DNA of 64,000 nucleotides from a virus (taxonomy: Duplodnaviria; Caudoviricetes), in IMG/VR virus record IMGVR_UViG_3300024346_000003; one strand, 5' to 3'. Made by a program: the position numbers and the translations under genes. Positions within the stretch are counted from its first letter, which is position 1. Each line of letters begins with the position of its first letter. Below are positions 1-8,757 of this stretch, piece after piece. The notes beneath the pieces were generated by a model, which worked only from the letters and a program-made list of their open reading frames with translations, made no database searches and was not told the origin of the DNA.

Positions 1-111
1 AAACATAATTTTCAGCAAAATTTATATACCAAATATAACTATAACTCATTGATTATTAATTTATTTTAGTGATGTGTTATGAGGGTTAGCCATTAGTTAT
101 AAGCAATGCTC

Positions 112-318
112 CTACCGCACATAACCTCTATCACACTTACACTCTACTTGTACTTGAATAGGATTTGGCACTCCGCAACATCCGTATTCTTTGTAGTTAC
201 CACAGCACTCCGCTTCGATTTCAATCGTGTAACCATTTCCACCACAAGCACTGCATATAACAGCACCTTGCAAAAATGCGGGGTCTTGTGGTTCATTGAT
301 GTTTTGTTCTTCGCTCAT
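112..318 (-). CDS. Cassette hypothetical protein with Cys-rich (Zn-finger-like) C-terminal module
   Basis: 68 aa; CSACGGNG...CKCDRG motifs resemble DnaJ-type CxxCxGxG; starts inside attC I. Confidence 0.6.
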   Translation of the reverse strand: MSEEQNINEPQDPAFLQGAVICSACGGNGYTIEIEAECCGNYKEYGCCGVPNPIQVQVECKCDRGYVR

Positions 319-388
319 AATTTTGTTGTTAAATTGAAAATTTGTTCTCCGTAATCCCGCACTTCTGCAAGCTGCCTTCCGTTATAAG
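255..388 (-). repeat. attC-like site I
   Basis: R'' CTTATAAC; arms GCAGCTTGCAGAAGTGCGGG / CCCGCATTTTTGCAAGGTGC; R' GTTATAT. Confidence 0.75.
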
Positions 389-391
389 AAA

Positions 392-733
392 TTATGCTTC
401 TCTTAGTGGTAGCCAAATTTCGCTATCTACAAAGCATTTTTCTTTACCACATAAAGCGTTGTACTTTTTAACATAATCTTCTGCCACTTCTCTTGTAGTA
501 CAAACAACGTCTTCGTCCTTATTGTCGTACCATCTTACAATCGCATAACTTCCAATAACATCACCTTGGCGCAATTTACGTAATTGTGCTACGTGATATA
601 ATTCTGCATATTCTTGCATTGCTTTAATTGCTTCTTCTCTTTCAATAACTCCATCTTTAGAAAAGTCAATATACTTGTTCAGTATCTCAAATCGTGAACC
701 AAGCAATACAATTTCTTTCTGTTCTTCTGTCAT
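392..733 (-). CDS. Cassette hypothetical protein
   Basis: 113 aa; starts inside attC H and crosses GTT as ...RKLRQGD-V-IGS. Confidence 0.6.
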   Translation of the reverse strand: MTEEQKEIVLLGSRFEILNKYIDFSKDGVIEREEAIKAMQEYAELYHVAQLRKLRQGDVIGSYAIVRWYDNKDEDVVCTTREVAEDYVKKYNALCGKEKCFVDSEIWLPLREA

Positions 734-783
734 AATTTTATTTTAATATTCGTAAACTTCGCCAAACTGTCAAACGTTATAAG
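553..783 (-). repeat. attC-like site H (long loop holding the N-terminal part of an ORF)
   Basis: R'' CTTATAAC; arms TTGGCGAAGTTTACG / CGTAAATTGCGCCAA; R' GTTATTG. Confidence 0.65.
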
Positions 784-1029
784 TCAGTTTGCTTTAAACA
801 AATGTAATCCACAATCACTACATTCATTTTCGTCTTTTTCCCATTCATAACGTGTACGAGGCTCACATTCGCAAACCGAACTTATAACAGTAGGTTGTTG
901 CAATTTACTTAATATTGCATCTGCGATAAGTTCAAAATTATCTTCGTGTATTGCTTTATCAGTGCAACTGCGGTCAACATAACCACTGTAATCATTTAAT
1001 AATTCTACAATTTCTTCCTTTGTTATCAT
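784..1029 (-). CDS. Cassette hypothetical protein, C-terminal Cys-rich module
   Basis: 81 aa; ...SKLQQPT-V-ISS; CECEP...CSDCG. Confidence 0.6.
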   Translation of the reverse strand: MITKEEIVELLNDYSGYVDRSCTDKAIHEDNFELIADAILSKLQQPTVISSVCECEPRTRYEWEKDENECSDCGLHLFKAN

Positions 1030-1078
1030 AATATTCCTTTTTAATCCGTAAACTTCACCAACCTACCTACCGTTAGCA
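882..1078 (-). repeat. attC-like site G (long loop)
   Basis: R'' TGCTAAC; arms GTAGGTTGGTGAAGTTTAC / GTAAATTGCAACAACCTAC; R' GTTATAA. Confidence 0.7.
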
Positions 1079-1085
1079 ACAATAG

Positions 1086-1361
1086 CTAATCAACCCTTCG
1101 TTCAATATCAATCCTGCCATTCATTGCGTTGGCGTTTGCAATGGTTTCTGCCTCACAATAGTCAGCACAATCAGCAATCCAATTACCATTTAAATACACT
1201 TGATAATATTCGGCAGAGCTACTGTTGCTAACATTGGCTATAAAATCATTGCCGTTTTTTAGGTCATTCCAAAATTCATCATCTAACATAATTCTGTTGT
1301 TTATTGAAAGTTTAAGCGTTTTAATCGGCAACGCTTCATAGCCCCGAAACGTTATGCTCAA
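1086..1361 (-). CDS. Cassette hypothetical protein (probable start about 1289)
   Basis: ...NGNDFIAN-V-SNS crosses R' of attC F. Confidence 0.5.
   Translation of the reverse strand: MSITFRGYEALPIKTLKLSINNRIMLDDEFWNDLKNGNDFIANVSNSSSAEYYQVYLNGNWIADCADYCEAETIANANAMNGRIDIERRVD
1226..1357 (-). repeat. attC-like site F
   Basis: R'' GCATAAC; arms GGCTATGAAGCGTTGCCG / CGGCAATGATTTTATAGCC; R' GTTAGCA. Confidence 0.75.
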
Positions 1362-1570
1362 GTGCTTTCAATTTCTATAACCTTTAACTCGTAGCGTTTC
1401 CCACCTAAAGAAAACTGAAACCGCTCGTCTGTCTTTAATAAGTTTTCAGCAACACTAGCAACAGCATCTTCAGTTACATCATGCTTTTCTCCAATCCACA
1501 TTCCTTTTTTAACTTTACCTACGTAAATTCTACTCGTTAAAGGTGAGCAACCTATTTTAAAATCTGACAT
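1358..1570 (-). CDS. Cassette hypothetical protein (self-contained)
   Basis: 70 aa ORF wholly between attC E and F. Confidence 0.6.
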   Translation of the reverse strand: MSDFKIGCSPLTSRIYVGKVKKGMWIGEKHDVTEDAVASVAENLLKTDERFQFSLGGKRYELKVIEIEST

Positions 1571-1612
1571 TTCTGTTAATTTATAAAGTTTATTTTTCTA
1601 TCTCGCACCTAA

Positions 1613-1666
1613 GCATAACAGCAAGTAAACCACATTAAAACGATGGTTTACTTGCAACCGTTAGCA
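1613..1666 (-). repeat. attC-like site E (compact, classical size)
   Basis: TGCTAAC-GGTTGCAAGTAAACCATCGTTTTAATGTGGTTTACTTGCT-GTTATGC; near-perfect hairpin. Confidence 0.85.
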
Positions 1667-1999
1667 GCAATGGCTAATATGCCTCACGTATTTGAAATTA
1701 TCTGACGTGCATTCAATACTACTTATACCGTCATTGTAGCTGAATTTAACGTGTATTACAAATTCAGTTGGTGCATATAAGCTATTCATTATAACTTCAA
1801 ATTGTTCTACCTTATAAATTTGTTTTTGTCCATAATGTAATACTTCTATCACATCTCCAACAGCTACAAATGACTTTATCAACTTGCCACTGCTGCTAAC
1901 ATCAGGTTTATTCAATGCGGGGTTCCTGCTCCCAAATAACCATTTTAGTAATTTCATATTTTTCGTTTTTAAATTAATTTTATCTGTAAAATCCCGCAC
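1661..1999 (-). CDS. Cassette hypothetical protein (probable start 1957)
   Basis: MKLLKWLFGSRNPALNKPD-V-SSS crosses R' of attC D. Confidence 0.55.
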   Translation of the reverse strand: MRDFTDKINLKTKNMKLLKWLFGSRNPALNKPDVSSSGKLIKSFVAVGDVIEVLHYGQKQIYKVEQFEVIMNSLYAPTEFVIHVKFSYNDGISSIECTSDNFKYVRHISHCC

Positions 2000-2023
2000 A
2001 AATAAACCTGCAAACGTTATAAG
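1894..2023 (-). repeat. attC-like site D
   Basis: R'' CTTATAAC; arms CAGGTTTATTTGTGCGGG / CCCGCATTGAATAAACCTG; R' GTTAGCA. Confidence 0.75.
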
Positions 2024-2226
2024 CCATTTAAGTAGTCACAATACATTTGTGCTTGTTTCTCGCTATTGTGTGGCATTATAATTACCTCTCTGCCTCTTGC
2101 ATCTAATATGGCTCGTTTCTGCTTTCTACCTAATCTGAAAGGTGGCACAAATACCTCCGAATCAAAACGGCTTATAACAGCACATTGGCAAAAAAGCCGT
2201 TTCATTTTCATAAGAATGTTTTTCAT
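2017..2226 (-). CDS. Cassette hypothetical protein
   Basis: MKNILMKMKRLFCQCA-V-ISR crosses R' of attC C. Confidence 0.55.
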   Translation of the reverse strand: MKNILMKMKRLFCQCAVISRFDSEVFVPPFRLGRKQKRAILDARGREVIIMPHNSEKQAQMYCDYLNGL

Positions 2227-2296
2227 AAGTATAAAATTTATCGTTTCTAATTAAGTTCTCGTTTCGGCTTCTTCGCCAATCTGCAAAACGTTAGCA
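2172..2296 (-). repeat. attC-like site C
   Basis: R'' TGCTAAC; arms GCAGATTGGCGAAGAAGCCG / CGGCTTTTTTGCCAATGTGC; R' GTTATAA. Confidence 0.75.
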
Positions 2297-2301
2297 GTAA
2301 T

Positions 2302-2607
2302 TCAAAGGTCAGTAACAAAATCAAATATAGACTTACTTATCCCACCTTCCTTATCTTTCTTGTCAACAGAACTACCGATAACAGTAGGTTGTCGCAATTT
2401 ACTTAGTTCTTCGTGATACGCTTCAGCATATTCCATCAAACTCAAAAGCAGATTTCCATCTACAACTTGCTTTTCGGCAAACTCTTTTAGGTCATTACTA
2501 TAATTCTTATCCCCTCTATCGCATAAATGATATTCAATCAATCTTTTGTGCAATTCAAAGTTTGCTTTTTCTGATTCTGCTTTTTTAATAAATTCTTCTT
2601 TTGTCAT
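2302..2607 (-). CDS. Cassette hypothetical protein
   Basis: ...SKLRQPT-V-IGS crosses R' of attC B. Confidence 0.6.
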   Translation of the reverse strand: MTKEEFIKKAESEKANFELHKRLIEYHLCDRGDKNYSNDLKEFAEKQVVDGNLLLSLMEYAEAYHEELSKLRQPTVIGSSVDKKDKEGGISKSIFDFVTDL

Positions 2608-2657
2608 AATCTTTTTATTTAATCCGTAAACTTCACCAACCTACCTAACGTTATGTA
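2375..2657 (-). repeat. attC-like site B (about 280 bp, loop holds most of an ORF)
   Basis: R'' TACATAAC; arms GTAGGTTGGTGAAGTTTAC / GTAAATTGCGACAACCTAC; R' GTTATCG. Confidence 0.65.
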
Positions 2658-2660
2658 CCA

Positions 2661-3014
2661 TTAAGGCGTAGTAGTTCTAATGAAGTTTGAAAAACCAGAT
2701 GCACTATAAAGTTTTTCATAGTCTTTTGGATTTTCTTCTTTCCATTTACGGTACATACTCATCCAAACTTTGTCATCAACTTTTTTAGTTTTACCATTCA
2801 ATACTTCATAAACAACATAATCCCAATTCCAATCTTTCATTATCGGAATAGTTGTTATTAATTTTTCCAATGTTTCAATTCTTAACGCCTTTTCAATATT
2901 ATGTGTTGCTTGTCCTTCGGCAACATAATATTTACCATCATCATTTAAAATAAAATATTTTTCCATCTTTGTAAATTTAAAGGTACATAACAAGGTGTAT
3001 ATGTTATACGCCAA
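2661..3014 (-). CDS. Cassette hypothetical protein (probable start 2966, MEKYF)
   Basis: ORF between attC A and B. Confidence 0.55.
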   Translation of the reverse strand: MAYNIYTLLCTFKFTKMEKYFILNDDGKYYVAEGQATHNIEKALRIETLEKLITTIPIMKDWNWDYVVYEVLNGKTKKVDDKVWMSMYRKWKEENPKDYEKLYSASGFSNFIRTTTP

Positions 3015-3080
3015 TGAAGTGTCGTACTTAATTTAAAATTTGTGGTTAGGCGTACAACACATATACCCAACCGTTATAAG
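2985..3080 (-). repeat. attC-like site A (first site of the array)
   Basis: R'' CTTATAAC; arms GGTATATGTGTTGTACGCC / GGCGTATAACATATACACC; R' GTTATGT. Confidence 0.8.
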
Positions 3081-3097
3081 TAATATTATTTTTGTTT

Positions 3098-3313
3098 TTA
3101 AATTAGTTTAATTTTTGGATTTTGAATTTCTGGAATACACAACTTCCAATCTTTACCATACATCGGTGATACAGTTCCAGCAAATGGAGTTTTCTTATAA
3201 AATATTAGATACTTTTTATCATCTTCCATTTTTGTTATTTCTTCTACTATATCAAAATCCAAATCGAAGAATCTGATTACTTCATCACATTTATGTCTAT
3301 TTATTCTTTTCAT
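3098..3313 (-). CDS. Hypothetical protein
   Basis: 71 aa ORF in a co-oriented run, directly upstream of attC A. Confidence 0.5.
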   Translation of the reverse strand: MKRINRHKCDEVIRFFDLDFDIVEEITKMEDDKKYLIFYKKTPFAGTVSPMYGKDWKLCIPEIQNPKIKLI

Positions 3314-3325
3314 AATTGTAATTTT

Positions 3326-3859
3326 TTAATCCCACCACCTATTAATTTTTTTTGCCATGATTCTAAATACTAAATCCTTAGCTTTTTCTTGTCTTAAGTC
3401 ACCCATAATCATAGCAACTAATTTTTTATCATTATGGTCAGTAGTAAATCTTTTTTGATTTTCTTTAATAAAGATAATTGCTCGTTTATGCCATGTTGGA
3501 AACTTTGTAAAATACGAATCAAAATCTTCACTGATAGTATTAATATTTATTTCACTATAACCTGGTTTATCTTCAATATCTGTAAATACCATTTCACTTT
3601 CATGATAATCAGTATATTCTGAATCGTAATAAGAGTCTTTAACTTTATTAATTAATTCAGCACAAATTAACATATCTTTAGCATCTTCTTGTGACCTAGT
3701 ATGTCTATCCTTCCTACCGATATAATTAGATTGTCTCCTTAATTTAAATTCAATAATCTGATATATAAACCAAGAGTCCCAATCCCTATCTTTCCAAATT
3801 ATAGGTAACCAAGCCCATAGATTACTGATTCCCGTTTTTAAGGTTCTAAATATTCGCAT
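3326..3859 (-). CDS. Hypothetical phage protein
   Basis: 177 aa ORF, tight packing, coding-like composition. Confidence 0.65.
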   Translation of the reverse strand: MRIFRTLKTGISNLWAWLPIIWKDRDWDSWFIYQIIEFKLRRQSNYIGRKDRHTRSQEDAKDMLICAELINKVKDSYYDSEYTDYHESEMVFTDIEDKPGYSEININTISEDFDSYFTKFPTWHKRAIIFIKENQKRFTTDHNDKKLVAMIMGDLRQEKAKDLVFRIMAKKINRWWD

Positions 3860-4099
3860 TTAATTATTATTTCTATGGTAATCTTTTATTTTATCAAGTA
3901 ATGCTTGATTGAAATTTGTAAACCATTTTGGGTTACACTCTTTTGGTGTTATATGTGTTAGTTCACCACATTTATAAGTAGAACGAATTCCACCTTTATA
4001 GTATCTAATAGAACCATCAGCTTCAATAATTTGAGTTGGTTCATCTTTGTGTTCAAAACCCATTACTGAATCGAAAACTAAAAAACTGTTTCTTGACAT
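3860..4099 (-). CDS. Hypothetical protein
   Basis: 79 aa, abuts neighbours. Confidence 0.5.
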   Translation of the reverse strand: MSRNSFLVFDSVMGFEHKDEPTQIIEADGSIRYYKGGIRSTYKCGELTHITPKECNPKWFTNFNQALLDKIKDYHRNNN

Positions 4100-4101
4100 T
4101 T

Positions 4102-4338
4102 TTACTTAATTTTAAATTTAATATTATCGAATCCTGAGAATCCGTTTAACTTATCATGCGTTGTTAACATAAACATACCAATTAGTTGAGATATGGCAAC
4201 GCAAAGCATCTCATTGGTGTATTCGGTTGGTGGGTATATTAAAACCTCGTTAGATAGGTCCGTAGTGTATTCAAATGTAAAACCATTGAATTCATCTAGT
4301 ACTCTTTGTTTTCTTTCAACTTCGGTTAAATATTTCAT
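4102..4338 (-). CDS. Hypothetical protein
   Basis: 78 aa, TATATTTG box at 4343-4350 upstream. Confidence 0.55.
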   Translation of the reverse strand: MKYLTEVERKQRVLDEFNGFTFEYTTDLSNEVLIYPPTEYTNEMLCVAISQLIGMFMLTTHDKLNGFSGFDNIKFKIK

Positions 4339-4376
4339 ATTACAAATATACTAATAATTTATTAGTTAACCAAATT

Positions 4377-4568
4377 TTATTGAAACATTTTCTTTAATTC
4401 AGCTAAATCAGCATCTCTACCTTGTACATTACCGTAGTAAAGATATGATGAACAGTCTTCATCAAACTCAATAGAGTTACCACTGATTCTACCTTTAGTT
4501 GGTTCCCAACCTTTCGCTACCAATTTGCTAGCTTCTTTTCTCAATTCTAAATTTACAAACGTATACAT
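4377..4568 (-). CDS. Hypothetical protein
   Basis: 63 aa, TATATTTG box at 4582-4589 upstream. Confidence 0.55.
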   Translation of the reverse strand: MYTFVNLELRKEASKLVAKGWEPTKGRISGNSIEFDEDCSSYLYYGNVQGRDADLAELKKMFQ

Positions 4569-4639
4569 AACTAATTGTTTTATTGTTTATACAAATATAG
4601 GTATTATTTATTAATTAACCAAATTTAATTAGAACATTT

Positions 4640-5329
4640 TTAATCTCGACCAATATATTCATCATCATTAGGCTGTCTGTAATTGTAATTACCTCTACCA
4701 TGTTCATGTTTTTCAATCTCATCATCTAAATCCATCATTTCTTCTTGATTCTGGTCCTCAACACTTTCCACGTCATCCATCACACCATCACCAGGCTTTG
4801 TAATATATTGTGTTGCTATCACTGGACTTAATGATTTACCTATTGGAATTAATATTTTATTTGATAAAAATAAAATAAAAGCAAATGCAGCTAATCTAAT
4901 AATACCATGTTGTATTTCATTGAACAATCTATTACCAAAAAACATTAGGAGTATATTTAATATAACTAACGCTGTATTAATATAACATAATTTGTCAACA
5001 AACTCAGCACCAAACATTTTATAAAAGAATAACCAACCAACAAATCCGAAGTGGTAATCAATCATAAAATATACATAACCAAAAATTGCGAATATGTTGA
5101 CTCTAACTCGGTCCAATTGCATTTGTTCCCAGTTGCCAAATAAAAGTAAAAATGCATATACAAATAGCATTATTGTTGGGAATATAGATGCTAGCACACC
5201 CAATAATAATATCATAACAATGAAGGTACCACCATTTACCATTATTAAATCACTAAACGTTAATTTGTTTACCCCTATAGTACCACCGAAGCCGAATACT
5301 TGGTAAAATTTGATTCCATCATTTTCCAT
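4640..5329 (-). CDS. Multi-pass membrane protein with acidic C-terminal tail
   Basis: Several hydrophobic segments in 229 aa. Confidence 0.65.
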   Translation of the reverse strand: MENDGIKFYQVFGFGGTIGVNKLTFSDLIMVNGGTFIVMILLLGVLASIFPTIMLFVYAFLLLFGNWEQMQLDRVRVNIFAIFGYVYFMIDYHFGFVGWLFFYKMFGAEFVDKLCYINTALVILNILLMFFGNRLFNEIQHGIIRLAAFAFILFLSNKILIPIGKSLSPVIATQYITKPGDGVMDDVESVEDQNQEEMMDLDDEIEKHEHGRGNYNYRQPNDDEYIGRD

Positions 5330-5423
5330 ATCTCTTATTTTTATAAAACAAAGATAAGATAAATAAATAACATTTCCAAATATTATGACAAAAAAAAATC
5401 CACTTTCGTGGATTTATTAATTT

Positions 5424-5999
5424 TTAACCTACTTTACCCCCGCCAGGATATTTAGATAATACTGTTCTAACTCTATCTACTTCATCTTTTGTGAATCGAT
5501 AAGTACCACCTTCTTCATTCTGTTCTTGATTTAATTTTTTGTATGGTAATCTAGTATAGATTTCTTTTTCGCTAAATCCAGCTTCCCTGAATATACCAAC
5601 TTGTTTGATTGAATCATGTTTTTTAAAGAAGTTTATGATATCATCATATTCAACTTTAGTTTCACCATCACCCTCTTTATCATCGTTGGCACCATCACGT
5701 TTGATTTTAGGTTCTTCTTTATTATCTTCGAATAAACCATTCAATGATTCTCTTAACATTTTTTTAATATCAGACTCACCCAGATTTTTAAGGGCCTTTT
5801 CTTTTGTTACCCAACCATGACCCTCTTTTTCATCAAGAATGTATTTTAATACATCTATTATTTCTTCTTTACTTGAAATTGAATCTCTAATAACTGACTT
5901 TAAATCGTTATATAATTTATTATTTTGGATATCTTCTTTAATGATTTTTTGTTCCAAATTACCCAAGTCTTGTTTGTTAAGTTTGATTATGTTTTTCAT
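5424..5999 (-). CDS. Hypothetical protein (possible virion-associated)
   Basis: 191 aa; TATTTAT box upstream; terminator hairpin at about 5393-5418. Confidence 0.55.
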   Translation of the reverse strand: MKNIIKLNKQDLGNLEQKIIKEDIQNNKLYNDLKSVIRDSISSKEEIIDVLKYILDEKEGHGWVTKEKALKNLGESDIKKMLRESLNGLFEDNKEEPKIKRDGANDDKEGDGETKVEYDDIINFFKKHDSIKQVGIFREAGFSEKEIYTRLPYKKLNQEQNEEGGTYRFTKDEVDRVRTVLSKYPGGGKVG

Positions 6000-6055
6000 A
6001 ATTAGTGTATTATTTTTATTAATAAATATCTATAAGTTATTAAAAATACAAATAA

Positions 6056-6078
6056 AAAAACCCCTTTCGGGGTTTTGA
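6056..6078 (-). terminator. Intrinsic terminator after sigma factor
   Basis: AACCCC-GAAA-GGGGTT followed by a U tract. Confidence 0.8.
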
Positions 6079-6966
6079 TTAATTTTGAAACAATTCCATT
6101 TTAATACCTCTTCGATTCATGTTTATTTTCATGATTTTTAAGGCTTTCTTTCTAACTTGCCTAACACCTTCTCGACTCATATCAACTTTATACCCAATTT
6201 CAACTAAACTTAATGGTTCATGGCCATTTAACCCGTAGGTTAAAGTTATGATTTCTTTTTGTCTACAATCCAGTGTTGTCATGATTGAATCTAATACTGA
6301 TTGTAAGTCATTATTATTAACTAAATGGTCAGCACTTAATGAATTATCATTTTCAAGTACATCAATCATTGAACCACTATCTGAATCACTAGTGAATGGT
6401 GTGTCTAATGATGTGATTGTCATACTATCTAAACTTAATAACATATTAATGTTATCAAAATTCAAATCAGAACCCTCAAGACCAACTAAATCTTGAGCAG
6501 CTGTTGGTCTTTGATTGATTTGTTCAAGACCAGACATCTCTCTTTTAAGTTTGTTTAATTCAGTAATTCTATTTATTGGAATTCTAACAGTTCTAGAATA
6601 CTTGTTCATATAATCTGTCACACTTTTTCTTATATACCAAACAGCATAAGATATGAATTTGAATCCACGACTTGGGTCGAATCTTTGAGCGGCTTCAATT
6701 AAACCATAGTTACCCTCAGTAACCAATTCTTCAAGTGGTGACTTACCATTAACATATTGTTTAGCTACACTAATTACAAACTTTAAATTTCTCTCAATCA
6801 ATTCATTTAAAGCATCAGTATCCCCATTGAAAGCTTTAATCGCACATTCATATTCTTCATCTGCGGTTTCAAATGATTTGATTGCTCTAACATCCATTAA
6901 GTATTGAGCAAATGCTTTTGATGATGTTCTGTCTGTAATTTTTTGGCTAATTTTTAATTGTCTCAT
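6079..6966 (-). CDS. Sigma-70 family RNA polymerase sigma factor (group 1/2-like)
   Basis: NLKFVISVAKQY, GLIEAAQRFDPSRGFKFISYAVWYIR (region 2), SREGVRQV (region 4). Confidence 0.92.
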   Translation of the reverse strand: MRQLKISQKITDRTSSKAFAQYLMDVRAIKSFETADEEYECAIKAFNGDTDALNELIERNLKFVISVAKQYVNGKSPLEELVTEGNYGLIEAAQRFDPSRGFKFISYAVWYIRKSVTDYMNKYSRTVRIPINRITELNKLKREMSGLEQINQRPTAAQDLVGLEGSDLNFDNINMLLSLDSMTITSLDTPFTSDSDSGSMIDVLENDNSLSADHLVNNNDLQSVLDSIMTTLDCRQKEIITLTYGLNGHEPLSLVEIGYKVDMSREGVRQVRKKALKIMKINMNRRGIKMELFQN

Positions 6967-6975
6967 ATATTTATT

Positions 6976-7452
6976 TTAAATTTTTACGTTAAGTTCTCTT
7001 TCTAAATCACGTTTTTTAATCGAATCTCGTTTATCGTGAAGTTTTTTACCTCTGCATAGTGATATTTCAATTTTTATTAAACCTTTGTCGGTAATAATAA
7101 CACTAATTGGTACTATTGTCAACCCTTTTTGCTCTACATTTTCATTTAATTTTATTATTTCTTTTTTGTTCAACAATAATTTCCTTAACCTGGTTGGTTC
7201 ATGATTCGTATGAATGCCACTTTGTTTATATTCAGATATATTCATACCCTTAATAAACAGTTCGTCATTTTTGATGTAACAATACCCCTCAGAGATTGAT
7301 ACCTTATGATTACGTATTGATTTTACTTCGCTACCAATTAGCTTGATACCAGCGGTTAGTTTATCAATAAACTCATATTCAAATGAGGCTTTCTTATTTC
7401 GTATTATAACTTCCATAATTAATTTTAACAAAGGTAAGGATAATAAAGACAT
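6976..7452 (-). CDS. smpB: SsrA-binding protein SmpB
   Basis: NKKASFEYE, AGIKLIGSEVKSIR, HEPTRLRKLLL, RGKKLHDKR. Confidence 0.95.
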   Translation of the reverse strand: MSLLSLPLLKLIMEVIIRNKKASFEYEFIDKLTAGIKLIGSEVKSIRNHKVSISEGYCYIKNDELFIKGMNISEYKQSGIHTNHEPTRLRKLLLNKKEIIKLNENVEQKGLTIVPISVIITDKGLIKIEISLCRGKKLHDKRDSIKKRDLERELNVKI

Positions 7453-7477
7453 TATCCAAATATTTTTAATGTTTTTT

Positions 7478-7912
7478 TTATTTAAAATGTAATGTGGATG
7501 TTTCAGTAATCCTAATCATCTCATTTTCAAACCAATCGTCTATAGTGGTTACTAAAAATTCTATATCATAATGTTTATTTAATTCAGATATAATATTATT
7601 AGTGTTAACAATTTTGCCAGACATTTTTGCAATAACCCAATTTGTGGGACCTAATGTAACTTTATATTTGTATTTTAAAAAATCTAATACATCGATTTTT
7701 GCATTTTTACCATTAACTGTATACCAATTCAACATAAAATCATATAGTAATTCACCATCGACTTTATCTATTGCTATTGAATCATTAATATTTCTATATA
7801 ATATGGCAAATGAAATACTTTTTTCATCTAGTATATATTTGTATTTAAATTTTGAGCCAGTAAATAGGTAATGTTTATTAACATACCATAAAACAAATTC
7901 GGATTCGGTCAT
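7478..7912 (-). CDS. Hypothetical protein
   Basis: 144 aa, co-oriented and overlapping neighbour. Confidence 0.5.
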   Translation of the reverse strand: MTESEFVLWYVNKHYLFTGSKFKYKYILDEKSISFAILYRNINDSIAIDKVDGELLYDFMLNWYTVNGKNAKIDVLDFLKYKYKVTLGPTNWVIAKMSGKIVNTNNIISELNKHYDIEFLVTTIDDWFENEMIRITETSTLHFK

Positions 7913-8193
7913 AAACCTTTAAGTATGTTATTAATTTCTATACAAGTTTCGTAATCTTCAATGCGTTCAAAATAAGCAATTGAAAAGTTTAAGTGTGATG
8001 ACCAATCTGATTTTTCAACATTTATAGTAATGACATCATCATTAACCATTAGGTTGGCAACATTGGCTATTTTTTCATTATTTTTTATTGAGTTTTTAAT
8101 TTCATTTAGAGTTTCAGTAAATAATAAATCTTTTTCATTTTGAATGAAATCAATAATTTCCCTATAACTTTCAAATTCAAGATTTATAGCCAC
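7909..8193 (-). CDS. Hypothetical protein
   Basis: 94 aa, GTG start. Confidence 0.5.
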   Translation of the reverse strand: MAINLEFESYREIIDFIQNEKDLLFTETLNEIKNSIKNNEKIANVANLMVNDDVITINVEKSDWSSHLNFSIAYFERIEDYETCIEINNILKGL

Positions 8194-8372
8194 TAATTTA
8201 AATTAAAATCAACCACGTTATCATCATCACCATCATTATTTGATATATAAAGACCTTCAATTTCCTCACCAAATTCATCTAATACACTGACATCTATCTT
8301 ACCATCACCATAATACGTGATATGTACGATGTATTCGCCAAAATCAAATTCTTTGGTAATAGGTTTGCTCAT
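8193..8372 (-). CDS. Small acidic hypothetical protein (59 aa, not in ORF track)
   Basis: MSKPITKEFDFGEYIVHITYYGDGKIDVSVLDEFGEEIEGLY...; fills the gap exactly. Confidence 0.55.
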   Translation of the reverse strand: MSKPITKEFDFGEYIVHITYYGDGKIDVSVLDEFGEEIEGLYISNNDGDDDNVVDFNLN

Positions 8373-8373
8373 A

Positions 8374-8757
8374 TTAATAAATATCTAGCACACTCATGTT
8401 AATTTCTTTTTTTTCTAAATCTACTGACTTAATAATAATTTTTATTTCATCACCTAATCTCATTTTTCTACCAGTTATTTCTTCAATAAAACAATGGTTT
8501 TTAACATCAGGTGTCCAAGTTCTATAACCTATATCTGATGATTTAACTAACCCCTCACAACCATTTTCTGGTATTTCAACGAATATACCATAGTCTTGAA
8601 CTGAAGTTATTACACCAGTATATATTTTACCTAATTTATCCATCAAGTATTGACATTGCTTATACTTAATGCTATCTCTACTAGCTTTTTGTGCTACCTT
8701 TTCTCTTTGAGAAAGATGTGCCGCCATTTTTTCTAATTCATCAGATTTATACTTCAT
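8374..8757 (-). CDS. rnr: RNase R C-terminal fragment (end of RNB domain + S1 domain)
   Basis: ELEKMAAHLSQREKVAQKASRD...YTGVITSVQDYGIFVEIPENGCEGLV; own TATATTTG box at 8762-8769. Confidence 0.85.
   Translation of the reverse strand: MKYKSDELEKMAAHLSQREKVAQKASRDSIKYKQCQYLMDKLGKIYTGVITSVQDYGIFVEIPENGCEGLVKSSDIGYRTWTPDVKNHCFIEEITGRKMRLGDEIKIIIKSVDLEKKEINMSVLDIY

Larger units (their letters stand above)
96..3080 (-). mobile_element. Integron-like gene-cassette array (CALIN-type: nine attC-like sites plus a partial tenth, no integrase in window)
   Basis: Repeated RYYTAAC...imperfect inverted repeat...GTTRRRY-like elements between and within small ORFs; each cassette's leading GTT core is complementary to its own trailing inverse core. 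Confidence 0.8.

Noticed and set aside
255-3080. CRISPR array interpretation of the left-end repeats
   Set aside because: The units are imperfect inverted repeats of varying sequence and length separated by genes, not direct repeats with uniform spacers; no cas genes.
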